This document shows, one piece after another, positions 47,458-56,286 of a stretch of 64,000 bases of DNA. The translations under genes and the position numbers were made by a program. Positions within the stretch are counted from its first letter, which is position 1; the number at the start of each line of letters is the position of its first letter. This stretch comes from Candidatus Cloacimonadales bacterium. GTDB taxonomy: Bacteria; Cloacimonadota; Cloacimonadia; Cloacimonadales; JAFGVF01. The DNA lies in NCBI GenBank assembly GCA_963678315.1, contig OY782781.1:1504001-1568000 (forward strand), in the 5' to 3' direction. Below the pieces are notes generated by a model that worked only from the letters and a program-made list of their open reading frames with translations, had not been told where the DNA came from and did no database searches.

Positions 47458-48792
47458 ATGATTGAATTTAAAGATAAAGAAAACAGTTGTTTATTTCAGA
47501 ATCTACTATGGGATACAGTAAATAATATATTAGACATAACCCAAACAGCACCATTAATCTGTAAAACAAATAGAATGTATCAGGTTAAATTAAATCAATA
47601 TTTTTTTATGTTCTTCAAAAAATATGGAACTAAGAAAGGTGAAGGATATGAACTTTCAATCAACTCTAATTCACCAATAAAAATGACTTTTGATAAAATT
47701 AAGAGTCAACAAAGAGCAATAGACACAGCTCTAAAAAATTTACCTAATAGTATTTTTCTTAGTATTGTATCGCAGTATGATTACTTCTATGGAAATTTAC
47801 TTAGAATCATATATACTCTAAGTCCACAAAGGAGAAACCATATTGCTAAAACGATATCATTCACTGACCTTGAAAACTATGTGACCATCGAAGAAGCTAG
47901 AAACTCATTTATTCAGAAAGAGATTGATAAGTCATTAAGAGATAGTCATGAAAAACAATTAGAAACTTTAGGAAAACTGTTGGCAGATAAAGGTAAAGAT
48001 CATAATTTCTCAAGTTACAAAAGATGGACAGAATTCTTAGAAATCTTTGAAAGAAGGAATCTTATGGTGCATTGTGGAGGTAAAGTAAATAAGACCTACT
48101 TAAAAAACCACAAAAGTTTGTTTCCGGAGATTACAGAAGATACAACTCTTGAAATAAGTTTGGATTATTTAAGTAAATCAAGTGACATAATTCTTGATAT
48201 ATGTATCCAGCTAATTTTATTAAGTTGGAATGTAATAGAAGATATAGATAATCAAAATGTTATGCCTTCTGTTATGGTTGATTTATCTTATGGTTTAATG
48301 ATTGATAAACAATACCAGCTTATAATATATATATTAGAAAGTTATCTTCAAAACAAAAAATTCAAGATTGACGAAACTGAAAAATTCATTCTTACTATAA
48401 ACCTAGCTCAAGCTTATAAATGGAATGGACAAACAGAAAAAATGGGTTGTCTATTATCCAAGACTAACTGGGATACAAAGAAACTCCTACTCAGGTTTTC
48501 AGTACATGTACTTCGCGATGAGTTTAAAAAGGCGTTTGATTGCTTAAGAAAGATTAGTAAGATTGATGAAGATTTTAAGAAAAACGATTTACTTGAATGG
48601 CCTTTGTTCAAAGATTTACGCCAAGAAAGTGATTTCGGAGCTGTATTCAAGGAATGCTATAATGAAGACTACATTGATAACAAATACATCTTACAAAAAG
48701 AGGATTGTGAATTATTAAGCGAATTAGATGATATTGATGATAAACAAGTTAAACGTGATATTGAATTTGTAGAAAAAATTTTTCTCAAATAA
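47458..48792 (+). CDS. Hypothetical protein with HEPN-like RxxxxH motif and helical-repeat C-terminus
   Basis: EIFERRNLMVHCGG motif; INLAQAYKW helical segment. Confidence 0.6.
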   Translation: MIEFKDKENSCLFQNLLWDTVNNILDITQTAPLICKTNRMYQVKLNQYFFMFFKKYGTKKGEGYELSINSNSPIKMTFDKIKSQQRAIDTALKNLPNSIFLSIVSQYDYFYGNLLRIIYTLSPQRRNHIAKTISFTDLENYVTIEEARNSFIQKEIDKSLRDSHEKQLETLGKLLADKGKDHNFSSYKRWTEFLEIFERRNLMVHCGGKVNKTYLKNHKSLFPEITEDTTLEISLDYLSKSSDIILDICIQLILLSWNVIEDIDNQNVMPSVMVDLSYGLMIDKQYQLIIYILESYLQNKKFKIDETEKFILTINLAQAYKWNGQTEKMGCLLSKTNWDTKKLLLRFSVHVLRDEFKKAFDCLRKISKIDEDFKKNDLLEWPLFKDLRQESDFGAVFKECYNEDYIDNKYILQKEDCELLSELDDIDDKQVKRDIEFVEKIFLK

Positions 48793-48795
48793 TTT

Positions 48796-49028
48796 TTCTC
48801 GTTTATTCTTTCCATTTTAAAAGACCCAGCTTAGTTAAATTTCTCGTTTATTATTGCGAACTTTTAGCTAAACTAGGTCTTAATATTTTTTCTCGTTTAT
48901 TTCTGCGAAATTCTCAAAATTTCCACTTTTTTCTCATTTATTGTAAATGTCCATAAACCCCAACAAAGCCACTCACAACACAGCAGAACCCGTTTTTTAG
49001 TTTATCTCTTTTATTCTTACCCCCCTTA
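48796..49028 (-). repeat. Right-end array of putative transposase-binding sites
   Basis: TTCTCGTTTATT..TGCG-type copies at 48796, 48841, 48890, 48931 and 49004, inverted relative to the left end. Confidence 0.85.
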
Positions 49029-49210
49029 GAAAAGTAGTTTTTCTTAAAGGTTTAAGTGAAGACATAGGTTCTAGGGTATGCTATGTGTCTTCTTCCTTGT
49101 GGTATATGCAATAAGTCCCTCCATAAGGCAAGGGTAGGCAGACTAAGCTGACAATCTGCTGTTACTATCAAGCTAATAATTATGTTAGTAAAAAAAATAA
49201 TTTTATAAAA

Positions 49211-49238
49211 TTGACACTTTTAAGTGAAATTGTATAAT
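49211..49238 (+). promoter_or_regulatory. Sigma-70 consensus promoter
   Basis: TTGACA-16 nt-TATAAT upstream of the sensor gene. Confidence 0.6.
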
Positions 49239-49247
49239 ATACCATAA

Positions 49248-52200
49248 GTGATAGGTGGTGAAATGAATAAAACTAAGAAGATATACAAGTTGATAATTCT
49301 CATAATTGTAATGATGCTACCGCTTGTTTTAAATGCAAATGATATAGCACGAAAGCAAGTCATAGTTGTGCAATCATACAATAATCAATTTCCTTATGTA
49401 AGAGAGATACAAGATGGAATTAATAATGTATCTAAAACATATAAGAAATTTATGGATATTAACACAGTATACATAGATCTTGACAAGGAGGGTTTTAAAG
49501 AATCAGCCAGCAGATTGAAAATGTATTTATCTAATTTTTCGAGCATAGATGGGCTTATTGTAGTTGATTCACCTGCTTATGATGTCTTGACAAGCAATGA
49601 ATTTATATCTTTTAGAAATGTTCCGATTGTAATAGTTTCAAATGATGATATCAGACACTCCAACTATTCCTATTTCAAGAATACTATTCTTCTTAATGAA
49701 GAAGTATCAATTGGACCAACCTTATCCCTAGCTGTAAAGTTGTATCCACAGGCTAGAAATGTATATGTCTTAACAAACTCAAATTCAGAAGTTTATCATG
49801 GACAATATATGCAGATTGCAGAGTCTTTCAATGAAAGCTCTGAATACAATATTGAATTTGTTGATAATATGAAATATGAAGATTTTGTAAAATTTGTTGA
49901 TTCTATTAGGAATGAAAGTATAATAATTCTAGGATCTTATGAATTTTCTGATGGGAGTAGCAACTTTAATATTGAAATCCCTTTAAAGCTTCTGTCAAAC
50001 AACAAAAACAATAAAATATTTACAATATATAAGCATCATATTTTAGGAGATGTGATAGGTGGAAGTGCTGTAGATTTTAATTTTCTAGGGCAAGAATCAG
50101 TTAGATTAATAATGGAGTTAATTAGTAAAAGTTCAATAAAAAAGAGTTTTGATGTTGTATCTTTTAAAAATGAATATTATTTTAATAATGATGCCTTAAA
50201 GAAACTCAACATTTCAAGAGATAAGTTACCTCTTAAAAAAGAAATTATTGGTTTAAGCAACTGGAAAAAAGAGAAGACTAGTCCGATAATTATAATTATT
50301 TTAACAATCCTAATAATATTTAGTTTGCTTGTAACCATACTAGTTTTCCATTATAAAATTTCCTCCCTCAATCAGAAGAGAAGGAACAATAATATACTTG
50401 AAGTACTAAGATTTGTTTCCGAAAAACTATCATTAGGATTTTGGTGCTATAACAATAAGAAACAGAAGATCAAAAGCTCAAAATATTTATCTCAAATAAT
50501 AGACTTAAATGATTCTGGTGTTTATGGTATTGACGAAGTTAAGTCTTTTTTAGATAACTGTAAATTTGAAAGAAACAACATAGATGCTGTTACTGAACTC
50601 TTCACTAAGGGTGAACACGAAAGACCATTCACATATATTAATAAACAAGGTCTATCATACAATCTGACGAATTTCTGGAAAGTATTTGATGACACAGAGC
50701 ATATATTTGGTGTAGTGAAAAATAACCAATTAGATATTGATAAGAAAAACGAGTTAGATTATTATAAACAATATAAAATTGTTTTAATTGAAAACAGTAA
50801 TGATTGTATAATTATAACTAATTCAAAAGGTGGATTGCTTAATTATAATGATAGTGCACAGAAGCTTGTAAATAAGTTATTTCAGCTTTCCAATAGTAAT
50901 AAAGAAGATTCTACTATAATCGAAAACTTTTTGAAAACATACCTAAGTAAGTATATTCAAAGAGCTAAGTTTAAAAAGCAGATAAAAGATAGTTTCTATG
51001 TTGAGAGTATAAGTAATTTTCTTGAAGTTAGAATTACTACTTATGCAAGTAATTATGATAAAGAGATTATAATTATCATAAAAGAACAATTTACTCAGAC
51101 AAATTATACAAGTTTTCTCAACATAATTGATAAAAATAATGTGCAATCTTTACTTTCACAAAATATATCCTTCTGGGAATATAGCTATGCTTCAAAGGAG
51201 TTTGCCTTTAGTAAAAATGTGAAATATCTTTTAGATATTGAGACTAATATAGAGCAACTATCTAAAACAGAAATACTAAAAATTATCAATAGCAAAATAG
51301 GACATGAAGTATATAGCCAAATCCGTAGCCATATTGAAGATAATAAGAAGAACATTTATGTAAAAGCAGAGTATAAACCAAATAGTACTAGTATCCATTG
51401 GCTCAAAATAGTTGGTAAAAGAGTATTCAACTCAAATCTAAATTGTTATCTCATTGTTGGAATTATTGAGGATATAACAGAAACTGAGGAAATTAAGCAT
51501 AAGACTGAGCAAGTATTAGCTGAGTTAGATGAACGTGACGGAAAGATTAAAGAATTAAATAGCTCGATTGAATCAATTAAACAAGAGATAGAAAACAAAT
51601 ATTGTTCCAAGGTTGATAGGCTATTAACAGAGATTGAACATTTGAACTATATGGACGATTCAATACTAGATATTAAGACTGATTCGGTTATAAAGAAGTT
51701 GATTACTGGAATATATCATAAGGTTAACGAACCCATGAGTGTTCTCAACCTAGCGATGCAGTCTATTTATTTAGAGCTTGAAGATATATTTGTTAAACTA
51801 TATGAGCTGTCAGATAAATTATCAACAGATGAATGGGGACTTGTTTCTAGCTTATTTAAGGAAGTAATAAAGAGTCGTAATAAAGTAGATCCAGATGAAA
51901 GAATAGATGAAAATGAATTACTTGACAGTGAAACAATTATTGAGAATTCCTCTGCTGGTTCTTCAATCAGATTGTCTAATCTAATAGTACTACTAGGCTA
52001 TCAATCAAGGCTTAAAGAAATAAAATCACTCACGTCAAGTGTTCATAATATTGAGATATTTACATTGTTAGTTAATGCAAAGAATCTAATAAAACTCATA
52101 ACTTATAGTAAGTTTAGCTCTAAGAAGATAAATCATTCCCTTGATTCATTAAAACTCTTACAGAATGGGACATCTGATTTAAGATATGAAAAGAGGGATT

Positions 52201-52619
52201 TAATAAGTGATGTTAACTTCTTCCTCGAACAATATAGCTTCCCTTTATCGAATAGGTTTGAGTTAATTACTGATTTTCCTAAATCATTAGAGTTTAACTA
52301 TAGTCACCTTAATCTTAAACTAGTTTGGGAGTATTTGCTTGACTATATTCTAAATAAAGCACGAACTAAAAAACGGTTAACAATAAGTATTCAAGATGAA
52401 ATAAATGAAGTTCATGTTTCTATGGAACTAGGAAGTAGCAAAAATAAACAAGGGATTATGTTTGGAGAGGATAACGCTCTTACGATGTCTTTACAAAATT
52501 ATGATAAAATAGAACTTGATATCTTATTGGCAGAAAAGATAATTAATAAGCATAATGGCAAAATGAGATTATTTAGTAAGAATAATATGGATGTCATTGA
52601 AATTAGATTACCAAAATAG
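49248..52619 (+). CDS. Membrane sensor: periplasmic ABC-SBP-like domain, PAS domains, degenerate histidine-kinase module
   Basis: Signal peptide, VIGGS, TM, PAS-like repeats, GIYHKVNEPM H-box-like, KIINKHNGKM. Confidence 0.7.
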   Translation: MIGGEMNKTKKIYKLIILIIVMMLPLVLNANDIARKQVIVVQSYNNQFPYVREIQDGINNVSKTYKKFMDINTVYIDLDKEGFKESASRLKMYLSNFSSIDGLIVVDSPAYDVLTSNEFISFRNVPIVIVSNDDIRHSNYSYFKNTILLNEEVSIGPTLSLAVKLYPQARNVYVLTNSNSEVYHGQYMQIAESFNESSEYNIEFVDNMKYEDFVKFVDSIRNESIIILGSYEFSDGSSNFNIEIPLKLLSNNKNNKIFTIYKHHILGDVIGGSAVDFNFLGQESVRLIMELISKSSIKKSFDVVSFKNEYYFNNDALKKLNISRDKLPLKKEIIGLSNWKKEKTSPIIIIILTILIIFSLLVTILVFHYKISSLNQKRRNNNILEVLRFVSEKLSLGFWCYNNKKQKIKSSKYLSQIIDLNDSGVYGIDEVKSFLDNCKFERNNIDAVTELFTKGEHERPFTYINKQGLSYNLTNFWKVFDDTEHIFGVVKNNQLDIDKKNELDYYKQYKIVLIENSNDCIIITNSKGGLLNYNDSAQKLVNKLFQLSNSNKEDSTIIENFLKTYLSKYIQRAKFKKQIKDSFYVESISNFLEVRITTYASNYDKEIIIIIKEQFTQTNYTSFLNIIDKNNVQSLLSQNISFWEYSYASKEFAFSKNVKYLLDIETNIEQLSKTEILKIINSKIGHEVYSQIRSHIEDNKKNIYVKAEYKPNSTSIHWLKIVGKRVFNSNLNCYLIVGIIEDITETEEIKHKTEQVLAELDERDGKIKELNSSIESIKQEIENKYCSKVDRLLTEIEHLNYMDDSILDIKTDSVIKKLITGIYHKVNEPMSVLNLAMQSIYLELEDIFVKLYELSDKLSTDEWGLVSSLFKEVIKSRNKVDPDERIDENELLDSETIIENSSAGSSIRLSNLIVLLGYQSRLKEIKSLTSSVHNIEIFTLLVNAKNLIKLITYSKFSSKKINHSLDSLKLLQNGTSDLRYEKRDLISDVNFFLEQYSFPLSNRFELITDFPKSLEFNYSHLNLKLVWEYLLDYILNKARTKKRLTISIQDEINEVHVSMELGSSKNKQGIMFGEDNALTMSLQNYDKIELDILLAEKIINKHNGKMRLFSKNNMDVIEIRLPK

Positions 52620-52627
52620 GAGTATTA

Positions 52628-53473
52628 GTGCAGAATAATCATATTGTCATACTTAGCTCTAGATTATCACTAGCAAACTCACTGCAAATCTTTATTAACT
52701 CATTTTTTAAGAATAGTTTTATTTGTAACCACTTTACTAATGTTGCAAGTTTGGAAGTTTTCTTAAAAGGAATTGACACAGACAGTAAGATTGAATTCTT
52801 TTTTTGCTCTGAGATTATTGGAGATACTACTGGCTTAGAAATAGCTAAACGCTTTGAAAAATACCTAAAAGGAAGCTCAAAGATATTAATCTATACATCT
52901 CTTGAACTTGTAGATATAGTATATTCGCATAAGCTAGATAATATAGATTATTTTATCGAGGAACCACTTAGAGTTTCAGAAATAGTCAACCTAATGAGAA
53001 ACTTAATGTATCAAAATGAGCTAGAAGCAAAGTTGAATAAAGAGACAAAGAAGAGTCAAAACATAAAAGAATCTCTTTCTGTATTAAGAACTAAGTTTGA
53101 AAACAGAACTAGAAACATTGTTCAAATACTGGAAGCTTTTGATTCTATACTTTGGCGATTAAACCTTAACAATAGTCAGTTTGATGTTTTTACTTCCGAA
53201 GAAACAATCTATGGTTATGAAGCAGATTACTTTGATAGTTTGGATAAGTTTATAACCATAGTAGAGCCTGAGTATCATCAGACTATTATCCACAATCTCA
53301 AAGCTCTAAAAGTTAAAGAAAAAGATGTGGCAAGCTTAACAATCAATATACGAAGGAAAGACCAGTCTCTTGTGAAAGTAAAGATTCTAGGAAGAGTAGA
53401 AAGCTATTCTGATGAGGGTTTTCCAATAGATATTGTGGGTATTTTATCCATTGTGGAAGATATTATTAGCTAA
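52628..53473 (+). CDS. Receiver-like + PAS domain protein
   Basis: TGLEIAK, KILIYT and YFIEEP receiver remnants; C-terminal PAS (IRRKDQSLV.V...GRV). Confidence 0.6.
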   Translation: MQNNHIVILSSRLSLANSLQIFINSFFKNSFICNHFTNVASLEVFLKGIDTDSKIEFFFCSEIIGDTTGLEIAKRFEKYLKGSSKILIYTSLELVDIVYSHKLDNIDYFIEEPLRVSEIVNLMRNLMYQNELEAKLNKETKKSQNIKESLSVLRTKFENRTRNIVQILEAFDSILWRLNLNNSQFDVFTSEETIYGYEADYFDSLDKFITIVEPEYHQTIIHNLKALKVKEKDVASLTINIRRKDQSLVKVKILGRVESYSDEGFPIDIVGILSIVEDIIS

Positions 53474-53512
53474 CAATATTATGCTATTTCTACTCTTCTA
53501 TGAGATCTAGTT

Positions 53513-53755
53513 TTAAATATTAAGTAGTTTGTTAATCTTATTCTTATCAAAACCAACAACAACTCGGTTGTTAATCCATATTTGTGGAACTCCAGTTTTC
53601 CCACTCTTACTAACCATGTCTCTAAGAGCTCTCTGGTTTTTAGATACATCAATATCTTTGTAAGTAAAGCCCTTTTCTCTAATATACTGCTTTAGCTTTT
53701 TACACCAAGCACAAGTTGGAGTTGAGAATATTACGATTGAAATTCTCTTATTCAT
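53513..53755 (-). CDS. Glutaredoxin (NrdH/YruB-like)
   Basis: CAWC, GVPQI and VVGFD motifs. Confidence 0.9.
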   Translation of the reverse strand: MNKRISIVIFSTPTCAWCKKLKQYIREKGFTYKDIDVSKNQRALRDMVSKSGKTGVPQIWINNRVVVGFDKNKINKLLNI

Positions 53756-53766
53756 ACATTATCCTC

Positions 53767-54216
53767 TTATTCGAATATTAAATCAACTATACTCTCAAGT
53801 CCTCGTCTGTCATCATCATCAAATGAGTTAAGTTCTTTACTATCTACGTCTAATACTCCGATAATTGTATTGTCTTTTTTTATTGGAATAACGATTTCAG
53901 ATTTTGAGCGAGAGTCACAAGCAATATGACCTGGGAACTGTTCTACATCAGCAACAATCATAGCTTTTTCTTCATTTATGGTTGCCCAACAAACCCCTTG
54001 ATTCTTTTTTAAAACCATACAGGCTAATGGCCCCTGATAAGTAGTTACTGTAAGTTCACCTTCTTGTAAGAAGTAGAAACCTGTCCAGAAATAGTAGTCA
54101 AATTTATGATGAAGAAGAGCACATATTGAAGCCATTCTTGCCTGCGGATTACTAGTCTTGATAAATAATTCTTTAAGTTGCTTTTTAATTCTTTCATATC
54201 TTCTTATCTTCTTCAT
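53767..54216 (-). CDS. GAF protein (free Met-R-sulfoxide reductase-like)
   Basis: WTGFY, YQGPLAC, GVC, FPGHIACD, SEIVIP and GVLDVDS motifs. Confidence 0.88.
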   Translation of the reverse strand: MKKIRRYERIKKQLKELFIKTSNPQARMASICALLHHKFDYYFWTGFYFLQEGELTVTTYQGPLACMVLKKNQGVCWATINEEKAMIVADVEQFPGHIACDSRSKSEIVIPIKKDNTIIGVLDVDSKELNSFDDDDRRGLESIVDLIFE

Positions 54217-54228
54217 TGAAATGTCTCC

Positions 54229-55329
54229 TTAATCTACTACAGTATTTGTATTCATATTTTTTAAGAAATTAATGAGCTGATCTTGATTAGCAGATTTGCA
54301 ATTTCTTACATAAAAGCCAGAAGATGCTACTCCTGTATTGAGTGACTCTAAAGGACTTAATCCATTTAGGATACCATAGCAAAAGCCAGCATTGAAGTTG
54401 TCCCCAGCTCCGGTAGAAAGCTTTGGAGTTGGTGTAAAAGGACCATCAATCCATTGAGCATAATCTTTATGGCTACTTGAAGCACCTTTTATATCATGAA
54501 TAACACAGCTATATAAATCTAGTTTTTCTCTAATTGCACTTGCTCTGGCTGTTAAATCATCTTCTTTTATCTTAAGAATCTCTGCTATTAATCTAGATTC
54601 ATTAGTGTTGAGCCCAAGAATTGTCTTACTTACTTTAGCAATTTCTTGGATATAAAAAAGACCTTCACGTATATCTTGCTTATCTCTTTTAGTCGGATCT
54701 GCTAAATCAAAGAAGACAAATGGATTAGTCTTCAATTCTTTTAAAACTTCAGTAAAGCCTTCAATAATACTGTTCATCCCAAAAAGAGCAGTCCAGTTTG
54801 TAAAAGCAATTAAATCAGAATAGCCTGTGAGTTGTTTTATTTCTGCAATTGTACTTGCGTCGACAATATTTGCCCAGTTAACTTTAGACATTGAATCGGT
54901 TTTACCTAGCATAATTTTTCCATCATGAAATTCTAATGCATCAGTATGACCTGGTTCTGCAATTGATATAAAGTTACAGCATTTATCTATAAAATCTTGG
55001 AAAAGAGGATTTATGCTTTGTTCTCCCACAGCACCTATAAAGGTTAAAAAGTTACCTGTTTCAAGAAGAGCATTACCCATGATTGGGGCATTACCACCTA
55101 ACTTCTTCTGAATAGGCACTATTTCTATGTTTCCAGAAAGCCCTGCATAAGAGCCAATCCTTTTTGCGTAAGCTTCTATTGTATCAATTCTCTTGAATGA
55201 ATTTTGTGTTATTCTTTCATCAACTACATGACAAATCTCATCTATAAAACCGTCAAAACCTATCATTATTTTGTAACTATTTTCTAAGTTGCTTTCTAAC
55301 TTACTAATAATATTTTCTAATTTATTCAT
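54229..55329 (-). CDS. PfkB/ribokinase-like carbohydrate kinase
   Basis: GFDGFID, KLGGNAP and STGAGDNFNAGF motifs. Confidence 0.8.
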   Translation of the reverse strand: MNKLENIISKLESNLENSYKIMIGFDGFIDEICHVVDERITQNSFKRIDTIEAYAKRIGSYAGLSGNIEIVPIQKKLGGNAPIMGNALLETGNFLTFIGAVGEQSINPLFQDFIDKCCNFISIAEPGHTDALEFHDGKIMLGKTDSMSKVNWANIVDASTIAEIKQLTGYSDLIAFTNWTALFGMNSIIEGFTEVLKELKTNPFVFFDLADPTKRDKQDIREGLFYIQEIAKVSKTILGLNTNESRLIAEILKIKEDDLTARASAIREKLDLYSCVIHDIKGASSSHKDYAQWIDGPFTPTPKLSTGAGDNFNAGFCYGILNGLSPLESLNTGVASSGFYVRNCKSANQDQLINFLKNMNTNTVVD

Positions 55330-55402
55330 TTATAAACACACCTTTTACTTGACACTTTCTCAAAAACTAAGTTCTGATTATTAAAAAAAATAAGGAATAA
55401 GT

Positions 55403-56023
55403 ATGAAAAAGCTACAATATATATTTGAAATACTGGTTATTTTTATTGGGTTACCAATCCTAATGTATTATAATGCAATCCCGCTTCCAAGGTTATTAGT
55501 ATTATTATCTGTATTTATTTTAACTCTTATAATATCAATTAATCAGAAGTATTTAACTAAGTCCAGCTTTAATTTAAGAGTTGCTGATAAGAAGTACATC
55601 ATCTTTTCTTCTTTAGCATATTTAGGGACTTTTTGTCTTTTGGTTGCTTACTTACATTTCTTTAGAGCTGATTTACTCTTCAATATTATTAGGCATAAAC
55701 CAAAGCTAATATTTTTAATTATAGTTTTCTATCCTCTTGTATCAGCATTCCCCCAAGAAGTAATATATAGAACTTTTTTTATAAAAAGATATAAATCTCT
55801 TTTCAATACTAAGTGGCAGATGTTGTTAGTAAACACCCTACTTTTCTCATTTCTTCACATCATTTATGATAATTGGTATGCTATAATTCTCACTCTTGTA
55901 GGAGGATTTATCATGACATATAATTACTATAGAAATAAATCATTAATGCTTGTAACTATAGAACATTCTATTTTTGGACTAATTGTTTTTATTAGTGGAA
56001 TGGGGAAGTTCTTTTATGAGTAG
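55403..56023 (+). CDS. CPBP/CAAX family intramembrane protease
   Basis: Multi-TM; QEVIYR, FSFLH and EHSIFG motifs. Confidence 0.85.
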   Translation: MKKLQYIFEILVIFIGLPILMYYNAIPLPRLLVLLSVFILTLIISINQKYLTKSSFNLRVADKKYIIFSSLAYLGTFCLLVAYLHFFRADLLFNIIRHKPKLIFLIIVFYPLVSAFPQEVIYRTFFIKRYKSLFNTKWQMLLVNTLLFSFLHIIYDNWYAIILTLVGGFIMTYNYYRNKSLMLVTIEHSIFGLIVFISGMGKFFYE

Positions 56024-56125
56024 AACTACTTTCTAAGAGATTAAGAAAAGCATATTAGAAGCAGAATTTCTATGATTAAACTCAAGAAGCAGTGTTGAGG
56101 TTTTCTTGAATGTTTATCTAATTTA

Positions 56126-56178
56126 TTACTAGCCTCCTGCATTAAATCCACTATTAATGCAGGTGGCTAGTAATTTTT
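56126..56178 (+). terminator. Hairpin terminator
   Basis: TTACTAGCC.CCTGCATTAA...TTAATGCAGG.GGCTAGTAA followed by a T run. Confidence 0.65.
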
Positions 56179-56203
56179 TATTAAAGAATATGTAATTTAT
56201 GAT

Positions 56204-56229
56204 AAAAAAATGCCCCTCAATGAGGGGCA
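56204..56229 (-). terminator. Terminator of the C25 peptidase gene
   Basis: TGCCCCTCA-A-TGAGGGGCA with an A run on +. Confidence 0.7.
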
Positions 56230-56286
56230 ATATATTTAACTATAATATTAAAGTTAAATCAATATTTCTCGATTACGCTCGAGAGA

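Larger units (their letters stand above)
16294..49028 (-). mobile_element. Mu-like transposable prophage, 32,735 bp, apparently complete
   Basis: MuA/MuB-like, GemA, gp36/gp37/gpG, DUF935 portal, terminase, capsid and tape-measure genes; inverted end-motif arrays; GAAAA direct repeat at 16289-16293 and 49029-49033. Confidence 0.93.

Noticed and set aside
16275..49057. 19-bp inverted repeat as the element's terminal IR
   Set aside because: It lies at or outside the GAAAA duplication and rejoins into one host hairpin
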